Assembly: GCA_030390025.1 (NCBI GenBank)
Contig: CM059432.1
Location: 8,680,001 to 8,744,000 of the forward strand
Source: Squalus acanthias
Taxonomy: Eukaryota
Direction of reading: 5' to 3'
DNA length: 64,000 nucleotides
Position numbers and translations under genes: made by a program. The notes beneath the pieces are model-generated. The model was not told the DNA's origin, made no database searches, and saw nothing but the letters and a program-made list of their open reading frames with translations. Numbering within the stretch: the first letter of the stretch is position 1; each line of letters starts with the position of its first letter. Below are positions 11,217-22,747 of the stretch, in pieces.

Positions 11217-11725
11217 CAAAGTCACCACCGGTCTCAATTTTTTTGCTTCAGGGTCCTTCCAGGGATCATCAGCAGACATCAGCTGCATCTCCCAGTCGGC
11301 CGCACATACTTGCAGGTAACCGATGCCCTCTTTGCCAAGGCGCACAATTATGTACACTTCTCGACGGATGAAGCAAGTGTAACCGCGCGTGCGGTTGGCT
11401 TTGCAAATATGGCAGGCTTGCCAAGGGTGCAGGGCGTCGTAGACTGCACACATTGGCCCTTAGGGCTCCCCATCACAACCCAGCTGTTTTTGTCAACCAC
11501 AAGGGCTTCCACTCCCTCAACATGCAGCTGGTGTGTAACCACAGGAAGGACATTTTGCATGTTTGCGCAAAGTACCCTGGCAGTTGTCATGACTCGTTCA
11601 TCCTGCGGCAGTCTAGTGTGCCTCCGCTATTCAATCCACCAAACCAACTTTCTGGGTGGCTACTTGGAGACAAGGGCTATCCCCTGAAGACGTGGCTGAT
11701 GACGCCATTGAGGTCTGTCAGCACT

Positions 11726-12665
11726 GAACAGACCCGACACCAAGTGGTGGGGGAGCAATTTAGTTGATTAAGAGCTTGTTAACAGCTGGTTAAAGAGAAT
11801 TTTGAGCTCACCCCGACATTTTACGAGGTCACCCACAAGGTCCACGCTGCTCGGGGATCACGTCAGGTAAGGAAGACGGGAGTTGTGCCACCAATTTACT
11901 TGACAGCTGCAAATGTGGTATAAAAGCTCCCATCTCACAGCTGTTCACTTTCCAAGCTCTGAAGCTGTTGCTTACTGCATTTGGAAGACAGATTGAGCTT
12001 TATGCAGGTTGCAAGTGTTTGGAGTAAACTCTCTATCCAGTGTCACCTCATTGGAACAACCTCTCTCACCATTGACAGATCGCTTCTGTCATCTCAACTT
12101 CACCTGCCATCTGATACATCAGCATCGATGCCCTTGAAACTATCTCACCTTGGTCCTCAGAATCCCACCACGATCAGCCCCAACACCAGCAGCACCAACA
12201 ACACCACCAACCTTCTCCGCAATCAACTAATGCTGCACAGGACACAGGGCATCAGCACCCGACCACATTGCTGCCCGGGTTGGCCTCACCATGGCCAGAT
12301 TTACTTCACTTGATGCTGTACTCCCTGGCTGCCACATGATGCACCAGGTTGGCACCACCCCACACCAACACCATAAAGCATCCCTACAATACCCAATCCA
12401 TTCCTTTCACACTCATCACCATTGCGGGGGGTGCCGTTATGTCTCACCATTCACTGCAACTCACTAAGCCACTTCCAAAGGTGCACATAAATCTGTCCAA
12501 GAACGCAAAGTGTTGAAAATAAAGATTTCAATTTTTGACAGCACATTAACAGAAACTTCACAAGAACATTGGCTAAAACACCCAAGTAGGTATGATTAGA
12601 CTAGGATGAGGGTGAGTGTGAGGGGTGGCTCGTGAGATGGGGAAGTGATAATGTAGATAGAGAGG
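11726..12665 (+). mobile_element. Probable fragment of a different, internally deleted Harbinger-like element
   Basis: CAG/CAC-rich stretch at 12180-12260 and surrounding layout resemble the Q/H-rich nuclease 5' region of the other Harbingers. No TIR seen. Confidence 0.35.
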
Positions 12666-12667
12666 GA

Positions 12668-13570
12668 TAAGAAAATAAGAAATAGAAGCAGGATTAGGCC
12701 ATTCGGCCCCTTGAGACTGCTCCACCATTCAATGAGATCTTCTACCTTATCTCCACTTTCCTGCACTATCCCCATATCCCTTGATGCCCTTACTAGTCAG
12801 AAATCTATCGACTTCTGTTTTGAATATACCCAATGACTGAGCCTCCACAGCCCTCTGGGGTAGAGAATTCCAAAGATTCACCACCCTCTGTGTGAAGAAA
12901 TTTCTTCTCATCTCAGTCTTGAATGGCCTACCCTTTATCTTGAGGCTGTGGCTCCTGGTTCTAGACTCCCCGAGCCAAGGGAAACATTCTCCCAGCATCC
13001 ATCCTATCAAGCCCTGTAATAATTTTGTATGCTTCAATGAGATCCCCTCTCATTCTTCTGAATTCAAGAGAATACAGGCCTAGTTTACTCAATCTCTTCT
13101 CATACGACAGTCCCGCCATCCCAGAAATCAATCTCGTGAACCTTGGTTGCACTCCCTCTATGGCAAGTATATCCTTCCTTAGGTAAGGAGACCAAAACTG
13201 TACAAATACTCCAGGTGTGGTCTCACCAGGGCCCTATATAATTGCAGTAAGACGTCTTTACTCTTATACTCAAATCCTCTTGTAATAAAGGCCAACATAC
13301 CATTTGCTTTCCTAATTTCTTGCTGTACCTGCATGTTAACTTTCAGTGATTCATGTACAAGGACACCCAGGTCCCTCTGAACACCAACATTTCCCAATCT
13401 CTCACCATTAAAAAATACCCTACTTTTCTATTTTTCCTACCAAAGTGAATAACTTCACATTTCTCCATATTATATTCCATTTGCCATGTTCTTGCCCATT
13501 CACTTAACCTGTCTATATCCCCTTGAAGCCTCTTTGCATCCTCCTCATAACTTACATTCCCACCTAGCTT
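12668..13570 (-). mobile_element. CR1 LINE 3' fragment
   Basis: QRDLGVLVH, LYRALVRPHLEY, YSLEFRRMRGDL, FFTQRVVNLWNSLP motifs. Confidence 0.9.
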
Positions 13571-14153
13571 AAATCAAGTGCACCACTTCCTTCCTGGAGT
13601 GCAGCAGGCAGCAGGCGGGGCGGTAGGTGAGCATCGCTGTCACGTTGGAAGGCTCCTTCCCTCCCTTGAAGGGAAGGGCCATCACTGCAGGCACTGCAAG
13701 GGCAAAACCTACCTGGTCCCGATGCACTGCAGCAGAGTGCCGGGCTGATCGAGCGCTGGCGAAGAAAACTGAAAAAAAAAACAGAAACATAATTTCATAT
13801 TTTTTATTACTTACCTCGGCCACCTCGCCTTTAAGTATCGCCCCCGAAGTGCCCGGCCTCCTGATGAACCAGATGGACCCGATGCAACTGCCGGTGTTTA
13901 CGCCCGGCGATGCTGCAGGGGGCGGAACCGAAGTTCGGGTCCGGGGTGCTACCGGGTCGATGCGCACGGCGATGACGTCACAATCTCTGGGCGAAGGAGA
14001 TCGAGGGGGCAATGCCAACCGCCGCCGCAAACCTCCCGCTGAATATCGCGGGAGTCGATCTTCTCGCCGCGCCCGGTCAGTAAGTGATTACCGGCCCATT
14101 ATTGCTCCCCGGCGGCGATAACGGGAGGCACAAAGGTGCCCAATTTCTCTCCC
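13571..14153. mobile_element. GC-rich MITE, one end only
   Basis: Ends AATTTCTCTCCC. Shares motifs (CTTTAA.TA.CGCC, GATGACGTC, AACCTCCCGCTGAAT) with 26814-27505. Confidence 0.55.
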
Positions 14154-15345
14154 ATAGAATCATAGAAACTTACAGCACAGAAGGAGGCCATTCGCCCCTT
14201 TGTGCCTGTGCTGGAAACGGTTAAGTCAGGAAGGTTTGTTTACGAGAAGTATCTTTGAAGTAAACAACTACAACTGTTTATGCAAATAGACTGTTTTCAA
14301 AGGATTCAGGAACAGAGACATCATGAGGTCTTATCCGTGACAGGTAGGCAAAATAAGGTGTATAAAGGAGCATAGTTTTCAACAGTTCTTCAGAGGGCTC
14401 AGAAGAGAGAACCAGAAACCGAAAGCCACTCTCTATGTACAGTGATCAATCACCTTTGCTGTATATTAATAAGGTCTGTTCCATATACTCCACATCAAGT
14501 GTCTCGTGCTTACTCGAATTGTGTCTTTGTGAACCATACAAGGAAGGAGGTTGACTAACATTTGAATGTTAGCATAGCCCTGTTGATTGTAAAACCTGCT
14601 TTGACTCATTCAGCATCATTCATTGAATAACTACCTCCTCCATTTTCTCTTCCAAAATATACAAACTTGCACTTATCTTAATTGAATTTAAACTGCTATA
14701 GCTCTTCCCACTTGTAAATTTAGTCTGGATCTTCCCACTCAAAAAGTAATTTCATAGTAGTATCATAGAAGCATAGAATCCTACAGAACAGAAGGAGGCC
14801 ATTCGGCCCATTGTGCCTGTGACGGCTTTTTCAACGAGCTATCCCATTAGTCCCACTCCCTTGCTCTTTCCCAAAACCCTGTATTTTTTTTTCCCTTCAA
14901 GTATTTATCCAATTCCCTTTTGAAAGTTACTATTGAATCTGCTTCCACCACCATTTCAGGTAGTGCAAAGAAAAATGTTTCCTAATGTCGCCTCTGGTTC
15001 TTTTGCCAATCACCTTAAATCTGCGTCCTCTGCTTACCAACCCTTCTGCTACTGGAGACAGTTTCTCCTTATTTACTCTATCAAAACCATTCATAATTTT
15101 GAACACCTCTATCAAATCTTAACCTTCTCTGCTCTAAGGAGAACAACCCCAGCTTCTCTAGTCTATCCAAGTAACTGAAGTCCCTCATCCCCGGTACCAT
15201 TCTAGTAAATCTCTTCTCTGCACCCTCTCCAAAGGCCTTGACATCCTTCCTAAAGTGCGGTGCCCAGAATTGGACACAATTATCCAGCTGAAGCCTAACC
15301 AGTGCTTTGTAAAGATTTAGTGTAACTCTGTGCCTATACTAATAA

Positions 15346-16128
15346 CGCGATGGACACCTACGGACGCTGAAAAACGCCCTCGTAAGAACGGGATATGACG
15401 CTCGACTCATCGATCGACAGTTCCGACGGGCCACAGCGAAAAATCGCATAGACCTCCTCAGAAGGCAAACACGGGACACAACCAACAGGGTACCCTACGT
15501 CGTCCAGTACTTCCCCGGAGCGGAGAAACTACGACATGTTCTTCGCAGCCTTCAACATGTCATCGATGACGACAAACACCTCGCTAAGGCCATCCCCACG
15601 CCTCCACTACTTGCCTTCAAACAGCCGCCTAACCTCAGAAGTACCATCGTTCGCAGCAAATTACCCAGCTTTCAGGATAACAGCGACCACGACACCACAC
15701 AACCCTGCCATGGCAAACTCTGCAAGACATGCCAGATCATCAACACAGATACCACCATCACACGTGAGGACACTACCCACCAGGTACATGGTACATACTC
15801 ATGTGACTCGGCCAACGTTGTCTACCTCATACGTTGCAGGAAAGAATGCACCGCGGCATGGTACATCGGCAAGACCATGCAGACACTGAGACAACGTATG
15901 AACGAGCACCGCGCAACAATCGCCAGGCAGGATTGTTACCTCCCAGTCGGGGAACACTTCAGCAGTCAAGGACATTCAGCCTCGGATCTGCGGGTAAGCG
16001 TTCTCCAAGGCAACCTTAGAAACACACGACAACGCAAAATCATCGAGCAGAAACTGATAGCCAAGTTCCGCACTCATGAAGACGGTCTCAATCGGGATCT
16101 TGGGTTTATGTCACGATACATGACGTGA
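15346..16128 (+). CDS. Penelope polyprotein C-terminus (thumb/linker, Cys motif, GIY-YIG endonuclease); no start codon
   Basis: Frame uninterrupted for 260 codons: FKQPPNLRSTIVRS, PCHGKLCKTC, NVVYLIRCRKEC..WYIGKT..LRQRMNEH, EQKLI..F.T..DGLN. Confidence 0.85.
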   Translation, partial: RDGHLRTLKNALVRTGYDARLIDRQFRRATAKNRIDLLRRQTRDTTNRVPYVVQYFPGAEKLRHVLRSLQHVIDDDKHLAKAIPTPPLLAFKQPPNLRSTIVRSKLPSFQDNSDHDTTQPCHGKLCKTCQIINTDTTITREDTTHQVHGTYSCDSANVVYLIRCRKECTAAWYIGKTMQTLRQRMNEHRATIARQDCYLPVGEHFSSQGHSASDLRVSVLQGNLRNTRQRKIIEQKLIAKFRTHEDGLNRDLGFMSRYMT

Positions 16129-16460
16129 TCCGGACTCGAGTCGTCGTTAGCTTGTTCACAGATGTGATTCCCAGTAAAAAAGTAAAAATTTTCCCAGTAA
16201 AAAAGTAATTTTTTTTTAAAGCTTTTCGTTTTACATACAGACGGCAGCTTTTGACACGTTAGAACCCCTGCGACTTCACCTCATTGTCTCAGTTGTATCT
16301 TGCTATGTCTTTTGATGTGGTACCTTCCTGGCTGACTTAATTAACTTTATCACACCTCGGCAGATAGTCAGGATGATTTAATTTATTGGTCTGCAATTGT
16401 AAAGTACACATGCTTTTTTTCCATCTATATATGCTCTGGCGATTCTGTATCCAATTTACT

Positions 16461-16498
16461 TCACCTGAGGAAGGAGCGATAGCTCCGAAAGCTTGTGA
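16461..16498 (+). ncRNA. Minimal type I hammerhead ribozyme motif
   Basis: TCAC-CTGAGGA-A-GGAGC-GATA-GCTCC-GAAA-GC-TT-GTGA: conserved core, helix I TCAC/GTGA, helix II GGAGC/GCTCC, palindromic AAGCTT in place of helix III. Confidence 0.8.
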
Positions 16499-17233
16499 TT
16501 TCAAATAAAACTGTTGGACTATAACCTGGTGTTGTGCGACCTCTCAATTTTATACTAATAAAGCCAAGGATCCCATTAGCTTTTTTAACAGCCTTCTCAA
16601 CCTGTCCTGCCACCTTCAAAGATTTGTGTACATACACCCCCCAGGTCTCTCTCTCTGTTCCCTGCACCTACTTTAAAATTGTACCATTTAGTTCATATTG
16701 CCTCTCCTCATTCTTCCTACCAAAACAGATGGCTTCACACTTCTCTACGTTAAATTTTATCTGCCGCGTGTCGGCCCATTTCACCAGTCTGCCTGTGTCC
16801 TCCTGAAGTCTGTTACTATCCTCCCCCCATTGTTTACTGCATTTCCGAGTTTCGTGTCATAGAATCATAGAATGATGCAGCACAGAAGGAGGTCGTTCGG
16901 CCCATCGTGCCAACTTTGAAATTATGCCATTTATACCAATGTCCAGTTCATTGAAAGAGCTGTGGTCCTAATACTGACCCCTGGGGAGTGCCACTGTAGA
17001 CTTCTCACCAGTCTGAAAACCAATCGGTCCCCACTACTCTCTGCTTTCTGTCCTTTAGCTAACTTTGTATCTACGCCGCCACTGTCCCTTTAATCCCATG
17101 GGCTTTAATTTTGCTAACAAGTCTATTAGGGGGGGTACTTTGTCAAATGCCTTTTTCAGAGTTTACCAGATTAGGCAGTGGAATGAAAGAAGTTAGAGAA
17201 GTTGAAGTTGGATGCCAAGGTGAGTGAACTGAT

Positions 17234-17515
17234 ATAACCCCTGCCCCCATTTTTCAGGCTGTTTATGATTCCGCCATCCCCATTTGCAACATTTAATCTC
17301 TCCTACCTCCTACCCAAGCACAGAACATTCCTTCATTTTCCTTCCTCCCCTCCCCTCCCCCTTTCCCTGCCTCTGCACCTGCTTAAAACCTGTTACATCT
17401 CTAGCCTTTTCCAGTTCTGATGAAGGGTCCCAGACCTGAAACGTTGACTCTGTTTCTCTCTCCATGGATGCTGCCTGGCCTGCGGAGTGTTTCCAGCATT
17501 TTCTGTTGTTATTTC
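17234..17515 (+). mobile_element. Penelope-derived short repeat (solo pLTR) with hammerhead motif at 17413-17449
   Basis: Near-identical to the 3' end of the Penelope at 22748-23030. Contains AGTT-CTGATGA-AGGGTC-CCA-GACCT-GAAA-CG-TT-GACT. Confidence 0.75.
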
Positions 17516-18324
17516 GATATGCCGGAGAGATGAATTTGATGGGCTGAATGTCCTTTCTCTTTTTAATTTCTTTTCAATTGACAGGCGCAAGGGCTTAGAT
17601 TCCTCTTCTTTCAATCGGGGTTCGAGTAGACAGGAGTGGGAAATGGGTTGGGGATCCTTATTTACAGGGGGTGCCTAACTTATGCTCAGAGGTAGACAAC
17701 GGGTGTGCAGGGAAACCCAGAAATAATTTAAACCAAGATTTTAAAGCTTTGCAGAACGCCTTACTTTTCCAGTGATCTTGAAAATGTATTTTTTGTTCTC
17801 CTGCCAGACAATTTACTGTCTGCCCTTTGCCGTGAAACTGCCTTTTCTTTCCCCGCTTCAGCCACGGCACAAAATGGGTTTCCCATTACAACGGAAACAA
17901 TTAGCACCTTATACAACGAGTGTTACATCGAGTGTGCGGCACAGAAACAGGCCAGTCGGCCCAACTGGTTTCTGTCGGCGTTTATGATCCGCACCATCCT
18001 TTAACGTAGAAAAAAACAACAACCTGGAGGCACTCGGCAGAAGCGTAATCAGACAGAAATTGGATGTCAAAGCCAGCGGGGAGCGCATCACCCAGCGCAC
18101 TCCCCTCTGGCCCACTCTCTGCCTCCCCTCAGGTGTACGCCATGTGTCATATTTTTGATTTGGCACCGATAGCTCTGGTCGCCAATTTTCCACTTCTCCA
18201 CTATAGCCCTCCTTGGGCTCTCCTTTTGCTAGCTCCGAGGAGGGCCTCCCTCCTGAACCCAATCTTCTGAAGAAACATTTCATTCTTATAATTCACAAAG
18301 CGGGGTGTCTTTGAGCATCCCAGC

Positions 18325-19660
18325 TGTAGGGGGTGGTGTGTGGGGTCAGCATTCACCTCTGGCTCAGTGAGCGGTTCGAATCACTTCCACGCCCCTGGTT
18401 CCTAGACTTTGGACTTATTTAGGGGTTGTGAACAAAGATGCAGCAGACAACAGGTTCTGATGAAAGAATTTTGACTTTATTAAAAGAAAAAGGTAACAAA
18501 CTTAAAATACACTTAATACTTAAACACAGGTTGGGAACACACGGTACAGGCGAGGGAGAGTGACAATATAGAAAAATACCCTTATCCCTCCCAAAAATCC
18601 CACTATCTAGCTAGGTTTTGGTTTCAGGAGATCAGGGATAATGCTCACCAAACGAATCCTTGACAGTTGAGAGTTAGGGTTTTGAGTCTTTTGAGTAAAA
18701 GGTTTCGTAAGGCCCTTGTTGCCGTGAGGTGTCCGATGGTCACGGAGGCAGTCACGCTGGTTTCTTCTTGTGTGTTGGTCTGTTTGTGAAGTTGTTGGCC
18801 TTCTTTCCTCCTCCTCCTCGTGGCTTGTGGTGTCTTTGCTGGAGCAGAGCTGAGAGAGAGCTGTGCGAGCGTTGAGAGCGTTGTCAGAGAGTCCAGAGAG
18901 AGAGCGAGTCTTGGGGGTTTAGGCCCCCAACTATACTGTTCAGTCCCTTTGTCCTTTTCGCGCCCAAAACCCCTTACTAAATCGCTTTACTTTAGATTTC
19001 AAATGAGCCCTGTTTATTCCATTGTCTTAGTTTTGGCGGGCTTGTTAGTTTTGATGGCTTTAACTTGGTGTTAAACATGTCCTGATGGCTTCCGATGTCT
19101 CCCATTTAGGCAAGGCCTTTATCTGCGTGCCAAATCTTGTCCCTATTGTCCTAGGTTTTTGGCGGGCTTGTAAATCTCTCCCTTTGGATACCTGGTTGAT
19201 TGGTTTTTGATGAAGTAATCGGGGTACTAAATGTTTTATTGATTTCAGGCTTCTGGTATCCTGTTTGGGCCTGGGAATTTCAAAAGAGGTCTTGGATTAT
19301 TCATATTTCGATGTGTGTGTGAGGCTTTGGGTTTGTCTCTTCCTCCTTGGTAGGAATGCAGTGTAAACAAATTCCCAGACAGCTTGATTGGACCCCAATA
19401 ACCCAAAGCTGTCCACTGCCTGGCCACACCCCTCCGCAGCCTGTCTGTGTCTGTGAAAGGTGTCTTTCCCAACATTAAGATTCAAAGGTCATTTTCCTCA
19501 GGGTTTTTTTCTTCCCTGATCTTTTAAAATGTCCAAAACTGAGGTTTTTACCTCAAATCACTTCACTTAGGTCCCATCATCCCAAGTTTGTATGAATGGT
19601 CCAAAAATCACTCCCTTTAGGGTTCTGTTCGAGTTTCTGGGCGATTTTGCGAAGCCTACA
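18325..19660 (-). mobile_element. Solo LTR, 1336 bp
   Basis: Termini TGTAGG...CCTACA; 4-bp TSD CAGC (18321-18324, 19661-19664); minus-strand AATAAA at ~18476-18481. Confidence 0.85.
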
Positions 19661-19716
19661 CAGCACTCCACTATGCAAAAATATTGTTTACGTGAAGAAA
19701 TGTCTTCGCTGCATGG

Positions 19717-19777
19717 AAGACTAAGTTCCATGTGATGGTCCCTTTAAGACTAAGTTCCATGTGATGGTCCCTTTAAG
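19717..19777. repeat. 29-bp tandem duplication
   Basis: AAGACTAAGTTCCATGTGATGGTCCCTTT x2. Confidence 0.9.
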
Positions 19778-20647
19778 CTTGCTGCAGGCCTTCAAGCCCT
19801 GCAATCTTTGGAGCCTGCCCACAATATTGAAATGAAGGTGATCCTCAGAAATACAGTCAATGCTCCAATGCATTGTCTGCATGCTCTTTCTGCAATGCTT
19901 CCCTCTATCACATTGCATTGCAACCATTTGAGCTCATCGTTCCAAGGACCTCAAAAACTTGGAGCTTGTTGACCTCCTTTTTGTCCCTTCCTTTTTACAA
20001 TCTTCAGGCATTTTTAAACCCAAGTTTAGCATTAATGAACTAATATCGCTTGATTTAGCTTTTCTCCTCTACTACCCTCTTCAACTTGGGTGACATCCTA
20101 TGCTGTGGGACTTGACCTTTAACCTAGGTTAATTTCCTCAATTTATGAAAAACAATATTGGTAGTAGTGCGAGCAGGAGGGGGAAATGTGTATTCAGGCT
20201 CTACTCATGTAGATTTTTTTGACAGATGTTTAATCGGAGCCTGATCCCAGGTGGGCTGTCGGTTTTGCAATTGAATATTCAGTTCTATTTTGCGAATAGC
20301 AAAATTCCCCAAAGGCAAATCCTCAGTTTAAGAAAAAGAAACTAGAATCTGTTATTTTTGGTCAGCTGGGAAATAATTCAACATCATTTTCTAATCCTAT
20401 CCATGCCACCTCTTCTGCACTGATTTAGCATTGTATTCGTATTCAACCGTGTCAGGCGTGGCTCAGTGGGTAGCACACTCGCCTCTGATTCAGAAGGTTG
20501 TGGGTCGAAGTCCCACTCCAGAGACTTGAGCACAAAAATCTAGGCTGACTCTCCAGTGCAGTTGTGAGGGGATGCTGCACTGTCAGAGGTGCCGTCTTTC
20601 AAATGAAATGTTTAACAAAGTCCCGGTCTGCTCTCTCAAGTGGATGT

Positions 20648-22747
20648 CATTACGGCACAGAAGGAGGCCATTCGGCCCATCATAGTCCATGCCGGCTCAC
20701 TGTAGAGCAATCCAGTCAGTCCCATTCCCGTAGCCCTGCAAGTTTATTTCCCTCAAGCGCCTATCCAATTTCCTTTTGAAATCATTGATCGTCTCTGCTT
20801 CCACCACCCTCGTCGGCAGCGAGTTCCAGGTCATTACCACTCGCTGCGTAAAAAAGTTCTTCCTCACCTCCCCCCCTGTATCTTTTGCCCAGAACACTAA
20901 ATCTGTGTCCCCTAGTCCTTGTACCATCAACTAATCGGAACAGCCTTTCTCTGTCTACCTTATCCAAACCCGTCATATCTTGACACCTCTATCAAATCTC
21001 CCATCAACCTCCTTTGCTCCAAGGAAAACAACCCCAGCTTCTCCAACCTAACCTTGTAGCTAAAATCCCTCATCCCTGGAACCATTCTGGTAAATCTCCT
21101 CTGCACCCTCTCAAGGACCTTCACATCCTTCTTAAAGTGTGGTGACCAGAACTGGATGCAATACTCTAGTTATGGCCTAACCAGCACTTTATAAAGGTTC
21201 AGCATAAGTTCCCTGCTTTTGTTCTCAATTATGAAGCCCAAGATCCCATGTGCTTTGTTAACCACTCTCTCAATATGTTCTGCCACCTTCAGGGACCTAT
21301 TCACATGAACCCCCAGGTCCCTCTGTCCCTGCACACTCTTTAGAACTGTGCCATTAAGTGTATATTGCCTCTTCCTATCCCTTCTGCCAAAATGCATCAT
21401 CTCACACTTCTCTGTATTAAGTTCCATCTGCCACTTGTCTGCCCATTCTGCTAGCCTTTCTATGTCCTGTTGCAGTCGATTGGCATCGTCCTCACTGTTT
21501 GCCACACCTCCAAGTTTGGTATCATCGGCAAATTTTGAAATTTTACTTTGTTTTCCAATATCCAAGTCATTTATATACATCAAAAAAAGCAGTGGCCCCA
21601 GCACTGACCCCTGGGGAATACCACTGTCTACCATCCCCCAGTCTGAAAAACAACCATTGACCACAACTCGCTGTTTTCCTATTCCATTAGCCTCAATTTT
21701 GTTAACCAGCCTTCTATGTGGTACTTTGTCAAAAGCTTTCTTAAAATCCATATAGACAACATCCATTGCATTCCCTTCCTCAACCTTCTCTGCTACTTCT
21801 TCAAAAAATTCGATTAGATTAGTCAAACACGATCTGCCTTTTACAAATCCCTGCTGGCTCTCCTTAATTAACTTAAACCTCTCCAAGTGCCTGTTAATTT
21901 TTTCCCTCATTATTGTTTCTAAAACCTTACCCACCACTGATGTTAAACTGACCGGCCTGTAGTTACCAGGATTGTCCTTACCCCTTCTTGAACAATGGTG
22001 TCACATTTGCCACTTTCCAATCCTCTGGCCCCTCCCCCGTATCTAGGGAAGATTGGAAGATTATGGCAAGCCCTTCCGCTATATCCTCCAACAATTCCCT
22101 TAGCAACCTGGGGTGCAAGCCATCCGGACCAGGCGACTTATCCAGCATAATCCAGCCTTTCCAGTACATCCTGCCTATCAATTTTCACCCCATCCATTAC
22201 CTCTACCATCTCCGCTTCTACCGATATTTTGTCAGCATCCTCTTCCTTAGTAAACCTTGCCCTGCGCCTCTAAGCATATATCACCTTCTTTGTCCCTAAT
22301 CGGCCCCACCCCGCCTCTTACTACCTGCTTACTATTTACATGCCGGTAGAAGATTTTTGGGTTTCCTTTTATGTTAATTGCCATTCTATTCTCATATTCT
22401 CTCTTTGCCAGTCTTATTTTCCTCTTCACTTCCCCTCTCAACTTATTGTATTTGGCCTGGTTCTCACATGAAGAATTCACCTGACATGCATCATACACCC
22501 GCTTTTTTTGTTTCATTTTATTCCCTATCTCCCTCGGCATCCAAGGATCCCTTGCTTTGGTTCCCTTACCCTTCCCTCTTGTTGGAATGTACCTAGCCTG
22601 TACCTGAAACATCTCCTCCTTAAAGATCACCCATTGTTCCGTTACAGTTTATCCTGTCAATCTTGGGTTGCATTTTACCCTGGCTAGATCCTTTCGCATT
22701 CCATTGAAGTTCGCCCTATTCCAGTTTAGAAGTTCTACTTTAGATTG
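20648..22747 (-). mobile_element. CR1 LINE (degraded RT)
   Basis: KSPGPDG, YMDFKKAFDKVPH, GIPQGSVLGP, KFADDTK. Confidence 0.9.

Larger units (their letters stand above)
6107..11725 (+). mobile_element. PIF/Harbinger transposon (left end plus degraded nuclease), split by a CR1 insertion at 6969-11216
   Basis: Left end GGCCGCGATTTTGCC. 6610-6968 and 11217-11725 are collinear with the transposase at 34837 (Q-rich N-terminus, [26 protein letters not shown]). Contains frameshifts and stops. Confidence 0.85.
15346..16550 (+). mobile_element. 5'-truncated Penelope-like element
   Basis: Flanked by the direct repeat TATACTAATAA (15335-15345, 16551-16561); contains a GIY-YIG ORF and a hammerhead motif. 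Confidence 0.9.
14760..17155 (-). mobile_element. CR1 LINE split by a Penelope insertion
   Basis: CR1 RT/C-terminal motifs on both sides of 15346-16550. Confidence 0.8.

Noticed and set aside
10875..11687. 270-aa ORF as a novel fusion protein
   Set aside because: Chance read-through from CR1 ORF2 into shifting frames of a broken Harbinger gene.
13569..14121. Long GC-rich ORFs in MITEs (also 26757-27362, 41896-42292, 43634-44164)
   Set aside because: Stop-poor GC-rich non-coding repeats; no protein motifs.
14386..14473. Possible plus-strand host exon (SSEGSEERTRNRKPLSMYSDQSPLLYINK)
   Set aside because: Plausible AG/GT ends, but the peptide is unrecognised and no partner exons were found.
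17160..17219. 60-nt exon-like segment with a strong AAG|GTGAGT donor
   Set aside because: Sits between repeat fragments, the acceptor derives from a CR1 edge, and there is no recognisable product.
20452..20525. tRNA-like sequence (also at ~32375, 40860, 48925, 50966)
   Set aside because: These are SINE heads continuing into SINE bodies, not tRNA genes.
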